From contig JAFVYZ010000021.1 of the NCBI GenBank assembly GCA_017508425.1, positions 68,749 to 132,748 on the forward strand: 64,000 nt of DNA. Reading direction: 5' to 3'. The notes beneath the pieces are model-generated. The model was not told the origin of the DNA. It saw nothing but the letters and a program-made list of their open reading frames with translations, and ran no database searches. This document shows positions 37,163 through 46,683 of this stretch, in pieces (positions within the stretch are counted from its first letter, which is position 1; every line of letters begins with the position of its first letter). The translations under genes were made by a program, and so were the position numbers. Source of the stretch: Clostridia bacterium (GTDB lineage: Bacteria; Bacillota; Clostridia; Oscillospirales; CAG-272).

Positions 37163-37495
37163 TTATATGATCGGCTTAGCCGTCAGTTCAATGAGTATCC
37201 TTTTGCTGTCGGGCTGCACGTCCGCCTCATGAGCCGCACGGTTGCGGTGGAGCTCACCACACTTGGTACAGCGATGCACAATAATAAATCCCTTTTTGGC
37301 ATCGGGCAGGGCACTTACAGGCTCCATGGCGCCGCCGCAGGTGTTGGCACGGTCACCCGGCATCACATCCACGTGCAAGCTCCACAGACAAAACGGACAA
37401 TGATTGCGCGAGGTGTAGCCAAGGGGCAATACCTCCTTGCCGCAATGCGCACACGTGAACCCGTTGTCATTTTTTGTAAATCGTTTCGTTTCCAT
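37163..37495 (-). CDS. RNHCP domain-containing protein
   Basis: 'CAHCGKEV...SRNHCPFCLWS' and 'HRCTKCG'. Confidence 0.65.
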   Translation of the reverse strand: METKRFTKNDNGFTCAHCGKEVLPLGYTSRNHCPFCLWSLHVDVMPGDRANTCGGAMEPVSALPDAKKGFIIVHRCTKCGELHRNRAAHEADVQPDSKRILIELTAKPII

Positions 37496-37505
37496 ATTTC
37501 CGCCG

Positions 37506-37532
37506 AAAAACGCCGCGTCACGCGGCGTTTTT
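37506..37532 (-). terminator. rho-independent terminator after tkt
   Basis: Stem acgccgcg/cgcggcgt flanked by A- and T-runs. Confidence 0.7.
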
Positions 37533-37536
37533 GATT

Positions 37537-38478
37537 TTATTTTTTCAGGCTGATGACTTCTTTTGCCTTTTTCACAATATTATCGGGCGTCAGACCGTAC
37601 ATCTCAAGGAGTGCAGGGACCGACCCCGAGCGACCAAACTGATCGTTGACACCCACACGAAGCACAGGTACCGGATATGCCTCCGACACCGTTTCGGCCA
37701 CCGCCGCACCAAGACCGCCGATGATGCTGTGCTCCTCGGCCGTCACAATGGCACCCGTTTCCTTTGCCGCCTTCAGTACGATCTCGCGGTCAAGAGGCTT
37801 GATGGTGTGAATGTTGACCACACGTGCCGAAATGCCCTCTTTTTCAAGCGCTTGTGCCGCGGTATTTGCCATGTCGACCATAATACCGGTGGCAATGATC
37901 GTCACGTCCTTGCCGTCACGAAGCTGCACGCCCTTGCCAAGCTCAAACCTGTAGGTTTCGCGATCGTTGATCACGGGCACCGCGTATCGGCCAAAGCGAA
38001 GATATACGGGGCCGTTAAAATGCAGCGCCGCCTCCACGGCCGCACGCGCCTCTACAGCATCGGCAGGATTGATGATCGTCATACCGGGGATCGTGCGCAT
38101 CAGGGCGATATCCTCATTGCATTGGTGTGTAGCACCGTCCTCGCCAACGGTCAGACCGGCGTGCGTCGCACCGATCTTAACGTTGAGGTGAGGGTAGCCG
38201 ATCGAGTTACGGATCTGCTCAAAGGCACGGCCCGAGGCAAACATCGCAAAGGATGAAACAAACGGGACCTTTCCTGCGGCGGCAAGACCTGCCGCCACCG
38301 ACATCATATTGCCCTCGGCAATGCCGCAATCAAAATGGCGGTTCGGAAATTTCTTTTTGAAAATGCCGGTTTTCGTTGCCGCCGCAAGGTCGGCATCCAG
38401 CACCACGAAATTATACTTTTCACCAAGCTCGGCAAGTGCCTCGCCGTAGGCTTGTCTGGTTGCGATCTTTTCTGCCAT
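37537..38478 (-). CDS. transketolase, C-terminal (pyrimidine-binding) subunit
   Basis: 313 aa. 'FDCGIAEGNM' and 'GEDGATHQ' motifs. Confidence 0.9.
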   Translation of the reverse strand: MAEKIATRQAYGEALAELGEKYNFVVLDADLAAATKTGIFKKKFPNRHFDCGIAEGNMMSVAAGLAAAGKVPFVSSFAMFASGRAFEQIRNSIGYPHLNVKIGATHAGLTVGEDGATHQCNEDIALMRTIPGMTIINPADAVEARAAVEAALHFNGPVYLRFGRYAVPVINDRETYRFELGKGVQLRDGKDVTIIATGIMVDMANTAAQALEKEGISARVVNIHTIKPLDREIVLKAAKETGAIVTAEEHSIIGGLGAAVAETVSEAYPVPVLRVGVNDQFGRSGSVPALLEMYGLTPDNIVKKAKEVISLKK

Positions 38479-38490
38479 GTCTTTCCCCCC

Positions 38491-39324
38491 TTACAGCTTG
38501 GCCTTGGCCCTGATCTCGGTCACAGCCTGCTCGTGTTGCTCGTCGTTGGGCGCAACGCCGTGCCAGCTTACCTGATTTTCCATGAAGGAAACGCCCTTGC
38601 CCTTGGTCGTTTTAAAGATGATGGCGGTGGGCCTGCCCTTAACGGTCTTTGCCTTTTCAAGCGCCCTTTCGATCTCATCGAAATCATGACCGTCTGCCAC
38701 GATCACGTGAAATCCAAAGGCCTCAAGCTTCTTATCATGGGGCGTGGGATTCATGATCTCGGTCACAGGCCCGTCGATCTGCAAGCCGTTCCAGTCGATC
38801 ATCACCACGAGATTATCCAGCTTATAGTGAGCGGCAAACATCATTGCCTCCCAAACCTGACCCTCCTCACTCTCACCGTCACCAAGCATGGTGTAGGTGC
38901 GGTAATCACGCCCGTCAAGCTTGGCGGCCAGCGCCATGCCACACGCGGCAGATACGCCAAGACCGAGCGAGCCGGTGCTCATATCCACGCCGGGAATGTT
39001 TTTCATATCGGGGTGACCCTGCAAATAGGAATCGATCTTACGGAGTGTCAAGAGATCCTCGCGAGGGAAAAAGCCCCTTTCGGCAAGCACGCCGTAAAGC
39101 GCGGGGGCGGTATGTCCCTTTGAAAGCACAAAGCGATCGCGCGAGGCCATCTTAGGATCGGCGGGGTCGACGTTCATCTCCACAAAGTAAAGATACGTCA
39201 TAATATCGGCTATCGAAAGCGAGCCACCCGGATGACCCGAGCCGGCAGCGTGTGTCTGATCGAGAATATCCAGTCTTACTCTCGCGGCAATTTTGGCAAG
39301 CTGTTGCTTTTTCGCCCTCTCCAT
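38491..39324 (-). CDS. transketolase, N-terminal (TPP-binding) subunit
   Basis: 277 aa. 'GSGHPGGSLS' and 'LGDGESEEGQVWEA'. Confidence 0.9.
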   Translation of the reverse strand: MERAKKQQLAKIAARVRLDILDQTHAAGSGHPGGSLSIADIMTYLYFVEMNVDPADPKMASRDRFVLSKGHTAPALYGVLAERGFFPREDLLTLRKIDSYLQGHPDMKNIPGVDMSTGSLGLGVSAACGMALAAKLDGRDYRTYTMLGDGESEEGQVWEAMMFAAHYKLDNLVVMIDWNGLQIDGPVTEIMNPTPHDKKLEAFGFHVIVADGHDFDEIERALEKAKTVKGRPTAIIFKTTKGKGVSFMENQVSWHGVAPNDEQHEQAVTEIRAKAKL

Positions 39325-39369
39325 ATTGTTCCTCCTGTGTGCCCGCGCGGGGGCGTGATCTTATTTATC

Positions 39370-39398
39370 ATTATAATATTTAAACCCTTTTATGTCAA
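39370..39398 (-). promoter_or_regulatory. consensus sigma-A promoter of the tkt operon
   Basis: On the minus strand: TTGACA (39398-39393), 17 nt spacer, TATAAT (39375-39370). Confidence 0.75.
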
Positions 39399-39593
39399 GG
39401 GGAGCACGGTAAAAATTCCCCAAGATCGGCGGCCGAGTGCTCGGCCGCGCGCGGCAAAAAGCACTTTTCTTCCTTTGGAAAAGAAAGGTCGAAAAGGCCG
39501 CCCGAAATTCCCCCTCTTTTTTTCGAGAACCGCGCAAAAATCCAAGCTTTCAACACCCACCCAAAAACCGCCAAAACCATGTGATTAAAGGAG

Positions 39594-39623
39594 TTTTACA
39601 CAGTTTCCACAGAGTTTTCCACA
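39594..39623 (+). promoter_or_regulatory. three tandem DnaA-box-like 9-mers
   Basis: TTTTACACA (39594-39602), GTTTCCACA (39603-39611) and TTTTCCACA (39615-39623), compared with the consensus TTATCCACA. Confidence 0.55.
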
Positions 39624-39855
39624 GGCTGACGCGTGCCCAACTCCAAAAAAAGACAACCTTTCCGTTTTTGGAAAAACCGCGACCTTGAAGCATTTTCCAT
39701 TCCACGCCACCCCTTATTTTTCGGTTTTATGGCTTTTTTCTTCCCACTGCGGTATTTTTCGCGTTTTCCCGCACATTTCGGAGTGCGGCGTGCGCAAGAG
39801 CGACCTCAACGGCAAGCGGGCTTCCCCCTCCCGTTTTCCGGAGGAGCTCCCCTGG

Positions 39856-39894
39856 CACAAAAGATCGGGCGTGCGCCGCAGCGCACGCCCGATC
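39856..39894 (-). terminator. rho-independent terminator after the DUF711 gene
   Basis: 14-bp GC-rich stem gatcgggcgtgcgc/gcgcacgcccgatc, then 'ttttgtg' on the minus strand. Confidence 0.8.
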
Positions 39895-39900
39895 GGGAAT

Positions 39901-41259
39901 TTAGTTTTTCAAGCTGTGTATGGGCGCCGGGATTCTACCGCCGCGGGAGATAAACTTTGCGGGAGAATAGGTGCGAAGCGGCATAATGGGTGCCGTACCG
40001 AGAAGCCCGCCGAAGGAAACGCTCTCACCAACAGTTTTTCCGTATGCGGGAATCAGGCGAACCGCCGTGGTTTTGGTGTTTGCCACACCGATCGAGATCT
40101 CGTCGGCAATAATACCGCAAATGACCTCCTCGGTGGTGTCACCGGGCACGGCGATCATATCAAGACCGACCGAGCAAACCGCAGTCATTGCCTCGAGCTT
40201 TTCAATCGAAAGCGCACCTTGATTTACCGCCGCAATCATGCCCTCATCCTCGGAGACGGGAATAAACGCCCCCGAAAGGCCGCCCACGTGAGAGGAAGCC
40301 ATGACGCCGCCCTTTTTCACGGCATCGTTGAGCATCGCAAGTGCGGCAGTCGTGCCGTGGGAGCCACAAACCTCAAGACCCATTTCCTCCAAAATACGCG
40401 CCACCGAATCGCCGATGGCGGGGGTGGGAGCGAGGGAAAGGTCGATAATACCAAAGGGAGCACCGAGTCGCTTTGCGGCCTCACTGGCAACAAGCTGACC
40501 CACGCGGGTGATTTTGAATGCAGTGGTCTTAATGACGTCGGCCAGCTTGGAGAGATCACAATCCCCTGCGCGGCGGATCGCCGCCGCCACCACACCGGGA
40601 CCGGAAACGCCCACGTTAATGACGCTGTCGGGCTCACCGACACCGTGGAATGCACCCGCCATAAAGGGGTTATCCTCAGGAACGTTCGCGAAGACCACAA
40701 GCTTTGCGCATCCGATCGAGTTGTTGTCGCGCGTCAGGTACGCCGCACGCTTGATGGTACTTCCCATCAGGCGAATGGCATCCATATTGATGCCGGCCTT
40801 GGTGCTTGCGACGTTGACGGACGAGCACACGTTCTCGGTCTCAGCCAATGCCTCGGGAATGACGGAAATGAGGTTTCGATCCCCTACAGTCATGCCCTTA
40901 TGCACCAGCGCGGAATAACCGCCAATGAAGTTGATACCCAGCGTTTTCGCGGCACGTTGCAGGGTATGTGCCAATTTTAAGTACCCCTCAGGGGAGATCG
41001 CACCGCCCACAAGCGACACCGGGGTTACCGACACGCGCTTGTTGACGATCGGGATCCCATATTCACGCTCGATCGACACGCCCGTATCGACCAGCTTTTC
41101 CGCAGTCTTGGTGATCTTATCATAGACCTTGTCGCAAAGACGGTTTGCATCCTCACTGACACAGTCAAGCAAGGAAATGCCCATGGTAATGGTACGGATA
41201 TCGAGGTTTTCCTCGCGTATCATCCCAATGGTTTCAAGAATATCGGCTACGTTCAGCAT
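39901..41259 (-). CDS. PFL-like UPF0210 (DUF711) family protein
   Basis: 452 aa. '[20 protein letters not shown]' is typical of UPF0210. Confidence 0.85.
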   Translation of the reverse strand: MLNVADILETIGMIREENLDIRTITMGISLLDCVSEDANRLCDKVYDKITKTAEKLVDTGVSIEREYGIPIVNKRVSVTPVSLVGGAISPEGYLKLAHTLQRAAKTLGINFIGGYSALVHKGMTVGDRNLISVIPEALAETENVCSSVNVASTKAGINMDAIRLMGSTIKRAAYLTRDNNSIGCAKLVVFANVPEDNPFMAGAFHGVGEPDSVINVGVSGPGVVAAAIRRAGDCDLSKLADVIKTTAFKITRVGQLVASEAAKRLGAPFGIIDLSLAPTPAIGDSVARILEEMGLEVCGSHGTTAALAMLNDAVKKGGVMASSHVGGLSGAFIPVSEDEGMIAAVNQGALSIEKLEAMTAVCSVGLDMIAVPGDTTEEVICGIIADEISIGVANTKTTAVRLIPAYGKTVGESVSFGGLLGTAPIMPLRTYSPAKFISRGGRIPAPIHSLKN

Positions 41260-41271
41260 CGGGGGGCCTCC

Positions 41272-41541
41272 TTAAATGTGGTGCATCGTGTTGAAGATGT
41301 CCTCGTGCATGGCGCGCATATCAAGCCCCTTTGCCTTGCCCATCGTGGCCAGCTTATCGGCAAAATCCGCAAAAGGAATGGTGAGCTTGTCGATCTCGGC
41401 GATCATGATCATGGCAAAATACTCGGAAAGCACGCTTTGCGTGATCTCGGTAATGTTTGCACTATGCTCGGCACAAAAGGTGCTTACGCCCGCGATGATG
41501 CCCACGGCGTCCTTGCCCGTAACGGTAATAACTGCTTTCAT
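41272..41541 (-). CDS. ACT domain protein (UPF0237)
   Basis: Start at ATG 41541 (AAGGAG RBS). 'MKAVITVTGKDAVGIIAGVS'. Confidence 0.8.
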   Translation of the reverse strand: MKAVITVTGKDAVGIIAGVSTFCAEHSANITEITQSVLSEYFAMIMIAEIDKLTIPFADFADKLATMGKAKGLDMRAMHEDIFNTMHHI

Positions 41542-41657
41542 TTTTCGCTCCTTCTCGACCAAGTCGATGTTTTGATGCTATCATTATATCAAATAAACCT
41601 TAGAATAGCAAGTATTATGCAGCAAAAACTTTTATTTTCCGAGATGGTGGAAAAACA

Positions 41658-41686
41658 TTGAAATCCACACCCTTTTATGCTATACT
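41658..41686 (+). promoter_or_regulatory. extended -10 sigma-A promoter
   Basis: TTGAAA (41658-41663), 17 nt spacer, TGC-TATACT (41678-41686). Confidence 0.6.
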
Positions 41687-41718
41687 GTAAGGGTAAATAT
41701 GCAAAAGGAGCGCTTTGT

Positions 41719-42279
41719 ATGAACGAATTTTCCACCTATGAATTTGCCGTTTCCCAGAAAATTGAGGGCAAGTGGCGCGCGGCACGTCTTGGGCTCATCG
41801 CCTTTTACGTGATCTATCCCTTGGCGCTTTTATTTATCACTATGCAAAACCCGGGGTTTGCACCTCTTTACGCCTTTATCCCGATCTCGCTGTGGCTGAT
41901 CGTTTTTATCACCTGGCGTTACGTGTCGGTCGAATACGAGTACGCGGTCGTTTCGGGTACGTTCACGTTTACCAAGGTTTTCGGAAACCGTTCGCGCAAA
42001 AAGGTGTTTGAGATGCAGCTGAAAAACGCAGTACGTATCGCACCGCTTTCTGACGGGAACGAGGCGGCACGCGCCGCAGAATACCACCCCGAGCGCGAGT
42101 TCGTGGGTGTTTCCTCCATGTCCGCGCCCGACGTTTATATTATGCTCTTTGAGTTGTCAGACAGCAAAAGCGGAGAAAAACGCCGCGCGATCTTTTACTT
42201 CGAGGCAACGCAAAAAATGCTCTCCATTTGCCGTTACTACAATCCATCCGCGACCGTGCTCTCACGGGTATCGCGTTAA
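41719..42279 (+). CDS. hypothetical membrane protein (two TM segments)
   Basis: Start at ATG 41719 after AAAGGAG. 186 aa. No family recognised. Confidence 0.5.
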   Translation: MNEFSTYEFAVSQKIEGKWRAARLGLIAFYVIYPLALLFITMQNPGFAPLYAFIPISLWLIVFITWRYVSVEYEYAVVSGTFTFTKVFGNRSRKKVFEMQLKNAVRIAPLSDGNEAARAAEYHPEREFVGVSSMSAPDVYIMLFELSDSKSGEKRRAIFYFEATQKMLSICRYYNPSATVLSRVSR

Positions 42280-42306
42280 TTTTCACCTCGCTTTTAAGGA
42301 GTTTTT

Positions 42307-44172
42307 ATGGAGCTTTCAACCAAGGTCGCCGTCATCGGAGCCGGTCACGCCGGCATTGAGGCCGCGCTTGCCAGCGCCCGTATGGGTGTAGATACGGTGC
42401 TCTTCACCATTTCGCTTGAGGCGATTGCCAATATGCCCTGCAACCCCTCGATCGGAGGAACGGCAAAGGGACATCTTGTTTACGAGATCGACGCCCTCGG
42501 GGGCGAGATGGGTCGCGCGGCCGATGCCGTGACGCTTCAATCAAGAACGCTCAACCTCGGTAAGGGTGCGGCAGTGCATTCCAAGCGCGTGCAGGCCGAC
42601 CGCAAGCGCTATCAGGCCTATATGAAGGCCGTACTGGAAAAAACCCCGAATTTGCGTCTTGTCCAAGCCGAGATCACAGAGATCAAAGCCGATGAAAACC
42701 GACACGTTTGTGGGGTAATGACACATCTTGGGGAGCTGTGGCACTGTGAATGTGCCATTGTTGCCGCAGGCACTTATCTTGAAAGCCGCATCTTCATCGG
42801 CTCCACCAATTATGAAAGCGGCCCCGACGGCTTTTTGCCCTCGCGCGGCCTTTCCGCCTCACTGCGCGCCCTCGGTATCACACTCCGTCGCTTCAAAACG
42901 GGCACTCCGGCACGCATCAACCGTCGCTCGGTCGATCTCTCAAGGCTGGAGGCCCAGCCGGGCGAGGAGGCCCCCCTGCCCTACGCCGCAAGCACCCCCG
43001 AACATTACATGCAGGGCGTGGAGCAGATCCCCTGCCATATCGTTTACACCAACAAGGATACTCACGACGTAATCAAGGAAAACCTAACCCGTTCGGCCAT
43101 GTATGGCGGTCACATCCACGGTACAGGCCCCCGTTATTGCCCCTCGATCGAGGATAAGGTGGTGCGCTTTGCCGACAAGGAGCGCCACCAGCTTTTTTTG
43201 GAGCCTCTTGGGGCCGATACCGACGAGCTCTATTTGCAGGGCTTCTCGACTTCCATGCCCACCGACGTGCAGGCCAAAATGTTAAAAACGCTTCCGGGAT
43301 TTGAAAACGCCGAAATGATGCGCTACGCCTACGCGATCGAATACGATTGCTGTGACCCCAAGGAGCTCACCGCAACCCTTGAATTCCGCACCGTGAAGGG
43401 CCTTTTCGGTGCCGGACAGTTCAACGGTACCTCGGGCTACGAGGAGGCCGCCGCCCAAGGGCTTCTCGCGGGATTGAACGCCGCCCTGAAGGTCAAGGGG
43501 GAGGAAGGGGTTATTTTGCCCCGCTCCAGCTCTTACCTCGGCACCTTGGTTGACGATTTGATCATCAAGGGCACCAACGAGCCCTACCGAATGATGACCT
43601 CTCGCTCGGAATACCGCCTGCTCCTGCGTCAGGACAACGCGGACACGCGCCTAACACCCCTTGCACACCGTGTAGGGCTGGTGGACGATGCGCGCTACGA
43701 GGCCTTTTTGCAAAAGCAAGCCCACATCGCCGCCGAGATTGAGCGACTTGGTGCCACACACCTCTCCCCCGACCGTGTCAACCCCTTCCTCGCCATGCTT
43801 GGCGAGTCTCCCGTTACCACCGGAATTTCCTTAGCGGCTCTTTTGCGCCGCCCGGGCGTCACCTATGAAAACCTGCAGGCGCTGGACGAAAACCGCCCCG
43901 TGCTGACCCGAAAGGAAACACTATCCGCCGAGGTTCAAATCAAGTACGAAGGGTACATTAATAGGCAAATGTGCGAGGTTTCTCGCCACGAAAAATTAGA
44001 GTCAAGGATGCTCCCCGACACCCTTGACTACAAAAGCATTAAGGGATTGCGCATCGAGGCTGCGCAAAAGCTTGCGGCTCAGCGCCCCGCTACGATCGGG
44101 CAGGCCTCGCGCATCAGCGGCGTCAGTCCTGCGGACATTTCCGTGCTCCTGATCCACCTCGGACTCCGTTAA
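42307..44172 (+). CDS. mnmG: tRNA uridine-5-carboxymethylaminomethyl(34) synthesis enzyme MnmG (GidA)
   Basis: 621 aa. 'VIGAGHAGIEAA' and 'PCNPSIGGTAKGHLVYEIDALGG'. Confidence 0.95.
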   Translation: MELSTKVAVIGAGHAGIEAALASARMGVDTVLFTISLEAIANMPCNPSIGGTAKGHLVYEIDALGGEMGRAADAVTLQSRTLNLGKGAAVHSKRVQADRKRYQAYMKAVLEKTPNLRLVQAEITEIKADENRHVCGVMTHLGELWHCECAIVAAGTYLESRIFIGSTNYESGPDGFLPSRGLSASLRALGITLRRFKTGTPARINRRSVDLSRLEAQPGEEAPLPYAASTPEHYMQGVEQIPCHIVYTNKDTHDVIKENLTRSAMYGGHIHGTGPRYCPSIEDKVVRFADKERHQLFLEPLGADTDELYLQGFSTSMPTDVQAKMLKTLPGFENAEMMRYAYAIEYDCCDPKELTATLEFRTVKGLFGAGQFNGTSGYEEAAAQGLLAGLNAALKVKGEEGVILPRSSSYLGTLVDDLIIKGTNEPYRMMTSRSEYRLLLRQDNADTRLTPLAHRVGLVDDARYEAFLQKQAHIAAEIERLGATHLSPDRVNPFLAMLGESPVTTGISLAALLRRPGVTYENLQALDENRPVLTRKETLSAEVQIKYEGYINRQMCEVSRHEKLESRMLPDTLDYKSIKGLRIEAAQKLAAQRPATIGQASRISGVSPADISVLLIHLGLR

Positions 44173-44364
44173 AACAGCGGGCTGCACGACGTGTCGCCCC
44201 CAAAATCACGCCTTTTTGCCTCAAAGCCGGAAAAATCCCGCTCAGTTCCCCCCAAAAACACCCCAAAACCTCGGTTTTTGACCGAACGAAGAGGTGCGCT
44301 CCCCCGCCTTTGTATAAGAAAATAATTGGAGCAAGCCCTGTCTATTCTATGCCTTTCAAAGGAG

Positions 44365-44373
44365 TTTTCCACA
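44365..44373 (+). promoter_or_regulatory. DnaA-box-like 9-mer between the rsmG RBS and start codon
   Basis: TTTTCCACA. The surrounding 'aaaggagttttccaca' is 15/16 identical to 39588-39602. Confidence 0.4.
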
Positions 44374-44374
44374 A

Positions 44375-45106
44375 ATGGATTTGAAGGAATTTGTTGACTT
44401 TTTCGATACCATTATGGCACATAATGGGTTTTCTCATCTAACCGATGAATCCAAGTCAAGGAAGTTGTATTTTTTAATGCAACACATGCTTGAGATCAAT
44501 AAAAGCATGAATTTGACCGCCATAAAGGAAGAAAAGGCCGTTGCCGTGCGCCATTTTCTCGATTCCCTTACCGTAGAGCCATTTTTACCGAAAAACGCCA
44601 AAATCCTTGACGTTGGGTGCGGTGCAGGCTTCCCCTGCCTTCCCATCGGCATTTTCAGGCCCGATCTTGCCATTACGGCCCTTGATAGCACCGAAAAACG
44701 TGTGCGCTACGTGGAAAACACGGCCAAGCTGCTTGAGATCCCCCATTTTTGTGCAATCAGTGCCCGTGCCGAGGAGCTCGCCCACGAGTGCGCTCACCGC
44801 GAGGCCTATGACGTCGTAACCGCCCGTGCCGTTGCGGCACTGCCGACCTTAGCGGAGCTTTGCTTGCCCTTTGTAAGGCTCGGCGGCACCTTCGTCGCTA
44901 TGAAGGCCAAGCGCGGCGATGAGGAGCTCAGTGCCGCCGCCCGTGCGATCGCGCGCCTGGGCGGCGAGGTGATCGACGTCAAAAGCATTGTGCTTGAGGC
45001 GGGAGGGGAGCGCGACGAACGCCTACTGATCGAGGCAAAGAAAACCAAGGCGACGCCCAAGGATCTCCCGCGCGCCTGGGCAAAGATCCTCAAAAAACCC
45101 TTGTAA
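44375..45106 (+). CDS. rsmG: 16S rRNA (guanine527-N7)-methyltransferase RsmG (GidB)
   Basis: 243 aa. SAM motif 'ILDVGCGAGFP'. Confidence 0.9.
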   Translation: MDLKEFVDFFDTIMAHNGFSHLTDESKSRKLYFLMQHMLEINKSMNLTAIKEEKAVAVRHFLDSLTVEPFLPKNAKILDVGCGAGFPCLPIGIFRPDLAITALDSTEKRVRYVENTAKLLEIPHFCAISARAEELAHECAHREAYDVVTARAVAALPTLAELCLPFVRLGGTFVAMKAKRGDEELSAAARAIARLGGEVIDVKSIVLEAGGERDERLLIEAKKTKATPKDLPRAWAKILKKPL

Positions 45107-45135
45107 AAGAAAAAGCATCCCAAAAAACACAGGAA

Positions 45136-45178
45136 AAGCCCGATTCGACGCCATGTTGCGTATGAGTCGGGCTTTTTT
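45136..45178 (+). terminator. rho-independent terminator after rsmG
   Basis: 9-bp stem gcccgattc/gagtcgggc followed by T6. Confidence 0.7.
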
Positions 45179-45354
45179 GTTGTCAAAGCTCGTGTTTTTC
45201 CGCATTTTTCCATCAAAAACCGCAATCATCCCTCATAGAATTCATATTTTCTTTTTTAAATTTCCATATTTTACCATTTTATTGTGACATTTTTTGCCAA
45301 AGGTGGTGTGGTATGCTAATAATGCCACAAAACACGCCAAAAGGAGTGCATAAA

Positions 45355-46371
45355 ATGAAGGATTTTTACCCCGCAAGCCCGTTCATGACACCGTTAGAGG
45401 AGAAAAACGGGACGCAAACCCCCATTTTTCTTGCAGCCGAGCAGATCTTAGTACAGCAAACTCCGCGAAATGTCAAAAAAGAGCACAATGCCGTCATCCG
45501 ATTGGCGGCCTCGATTGAAAAGTACGGCATTTTGGAGCCGCTTTTTGTCAAGATCTCACCGCAACCCGATGGGTATGCGCTCTACGAGCTCATTGACGGG
45601 GAACGCCGTTTTCGTGCCGCCGCCCTTGCCGGTGTACGGAAATTACCTTGCTTGGTCTTGGCACCGAATGACAAGAAATGTATAAAAATAGCCGCTATAA
45701 AGGCAGTTTTACGCGAAAAATTGCATTTTTTTGCTCTTGCGGAGGCGTTTTCGAATTTGATTGAACAATACCAAATGACACAAGAGGAGATCGCTGACCG
45801 AATGGGGCTCTCACAATCGGCGGTCGCCAACAAGCTGCGCTTGCTGCAATTTACCCCGGAGGAGCGCCGTTTGATCGTCTCGGGCACGCTCACCGAACGG
45901 CACGCACGCACCTTTTTACGCCTAAAGGATCCCGAAAAGCGCCGCGAGATCATCGAAATCACCCTACGAGAAGGGTATAACGTCGCAAAAACCGAGGAAT
46001 TGGTGCAAAAATGGGTCAAAAGCCCCAAACGGACCCACGCACAAAACCCCACGCGGATTCCCGAAGAGCAAGAGAGCATTTTGCCGGCCACACTCCCATT
46101 TTGGGAGGATTCCACCGGTGAAAGTGGCGAAAAACGCGTTTTTAATGACGAAAATGCCGTTTTCGAGCCCAAAACACCCCTCAAAACACCCGAAAGCCCG
46201 AAAAGGAATGTCGGTGTTACACCCAAAAAGTTTGCCTTACGTGATCTTCAACCTCTTTATAACTCCATTGAGCGCACATTGGGCATCTTTGAAAAAACCG
46301 GCGTGAGCGTCGAATACACCAAGCATGAGGACGAGAATTGCGCCCATATCGCAATCCGCATTCCCAAATAA
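45355..46371 (+). CDS. ParB/Noc-like paralogue
   Basis: Start at ATG 45355 (AAAGGAG RBS). 'ELIDGERRFRAA' arginine patch and HTH 'TQEEIADRMGLSQSAVANKLRLL'. A long C-terminal tail follows. Confidence 0.75.
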   Translation: MKDFYPASPFMTPLEEKNGTQTPIFLAAEQILVQQTPRNVKKEHNAVIRLAASIEKYGILEPLFVKISPQPDGYALYELIDGERRFRAAALAGVRKLPCLVLAPNDKKCIKIAAIKAVLREKLHFFALAEAFSNLIEQYQMTQEEIADRMGLSQSAVANKLRLLQFTPEERRLIVSGTLTERHARTFLRLKDPEKRREIIEITLREGYNVAKTEELVQKWVKSPKRTHAQNPTRIPEEQESILPATLPFWEDSTGESGEKRVFNDENAVFEPKTPLKTPESPKRNVGVTPKKFALRDLQPLYNSIERTLGIFEKTGVSVEYTKHEDENCAHIAIRIPK

Positions 46372-46377
46372 AGCAAA

Positions 46378-46393
46378 TGTTTCACGTGAAACA
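46378..46393. promoter_or_regulatory. parS site 1
   Basis: TGTTTCACGTGAAACA, a perfect 16-bp palindrome matching the Firmicute parS consensus TGTTNCACGTGAAACA. Confidence 0.85.
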
Positions 46394-46442
46394 CTGTTTT
46401 TGGCAAAAGAGCTGCGCGATAAGTGCCGCGTAAATTCATAAA

Positions 46443-46458
46443 TGTCTCACGTGAAACA
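46443..46458. promoter_or_regulatory. parS site 2
   Basis: TGTCTCACGTGAAACA, one deviation from site 1. Confidence 0.75.
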
Positions 46459-46509
46459 CCATTTTGTCAAAAGAGCCGCGCGATCGCAACACCACGCCGA
46501 ATTCACGAA

Positions 46510-46525
46510 TGTTTCACGTGAAACA
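46510..46525. promoter_or_regulatory. parS site 3
   Basis: TGTTTCACGTGAAACA. Confidence 0.85.
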
Positions 46526-46683
46526 AATCCTCGCACGCATTCTTTCTTTTTCTTATGCGCGCGAAAAAATAAAAAATCTGCGAAATAGTGTTGCAAAAGC
46601 GCGTTTTTAATGGTATAATATTGTCACACGACACAATTTGATGGTTTTCGTGCAGCAAAAAACACCGAAGGAGGGACCTTGTC

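Noticed and set aside
46378-46525. Regularly spaced 16-bp repeats that superficially resemble a mini-CRISPR array
   Set aside because: The repeats are perfect palindromes matching the parS consensus. Only three copies are present, the 'spacers' are themselves repeated, and there are no cas genes.
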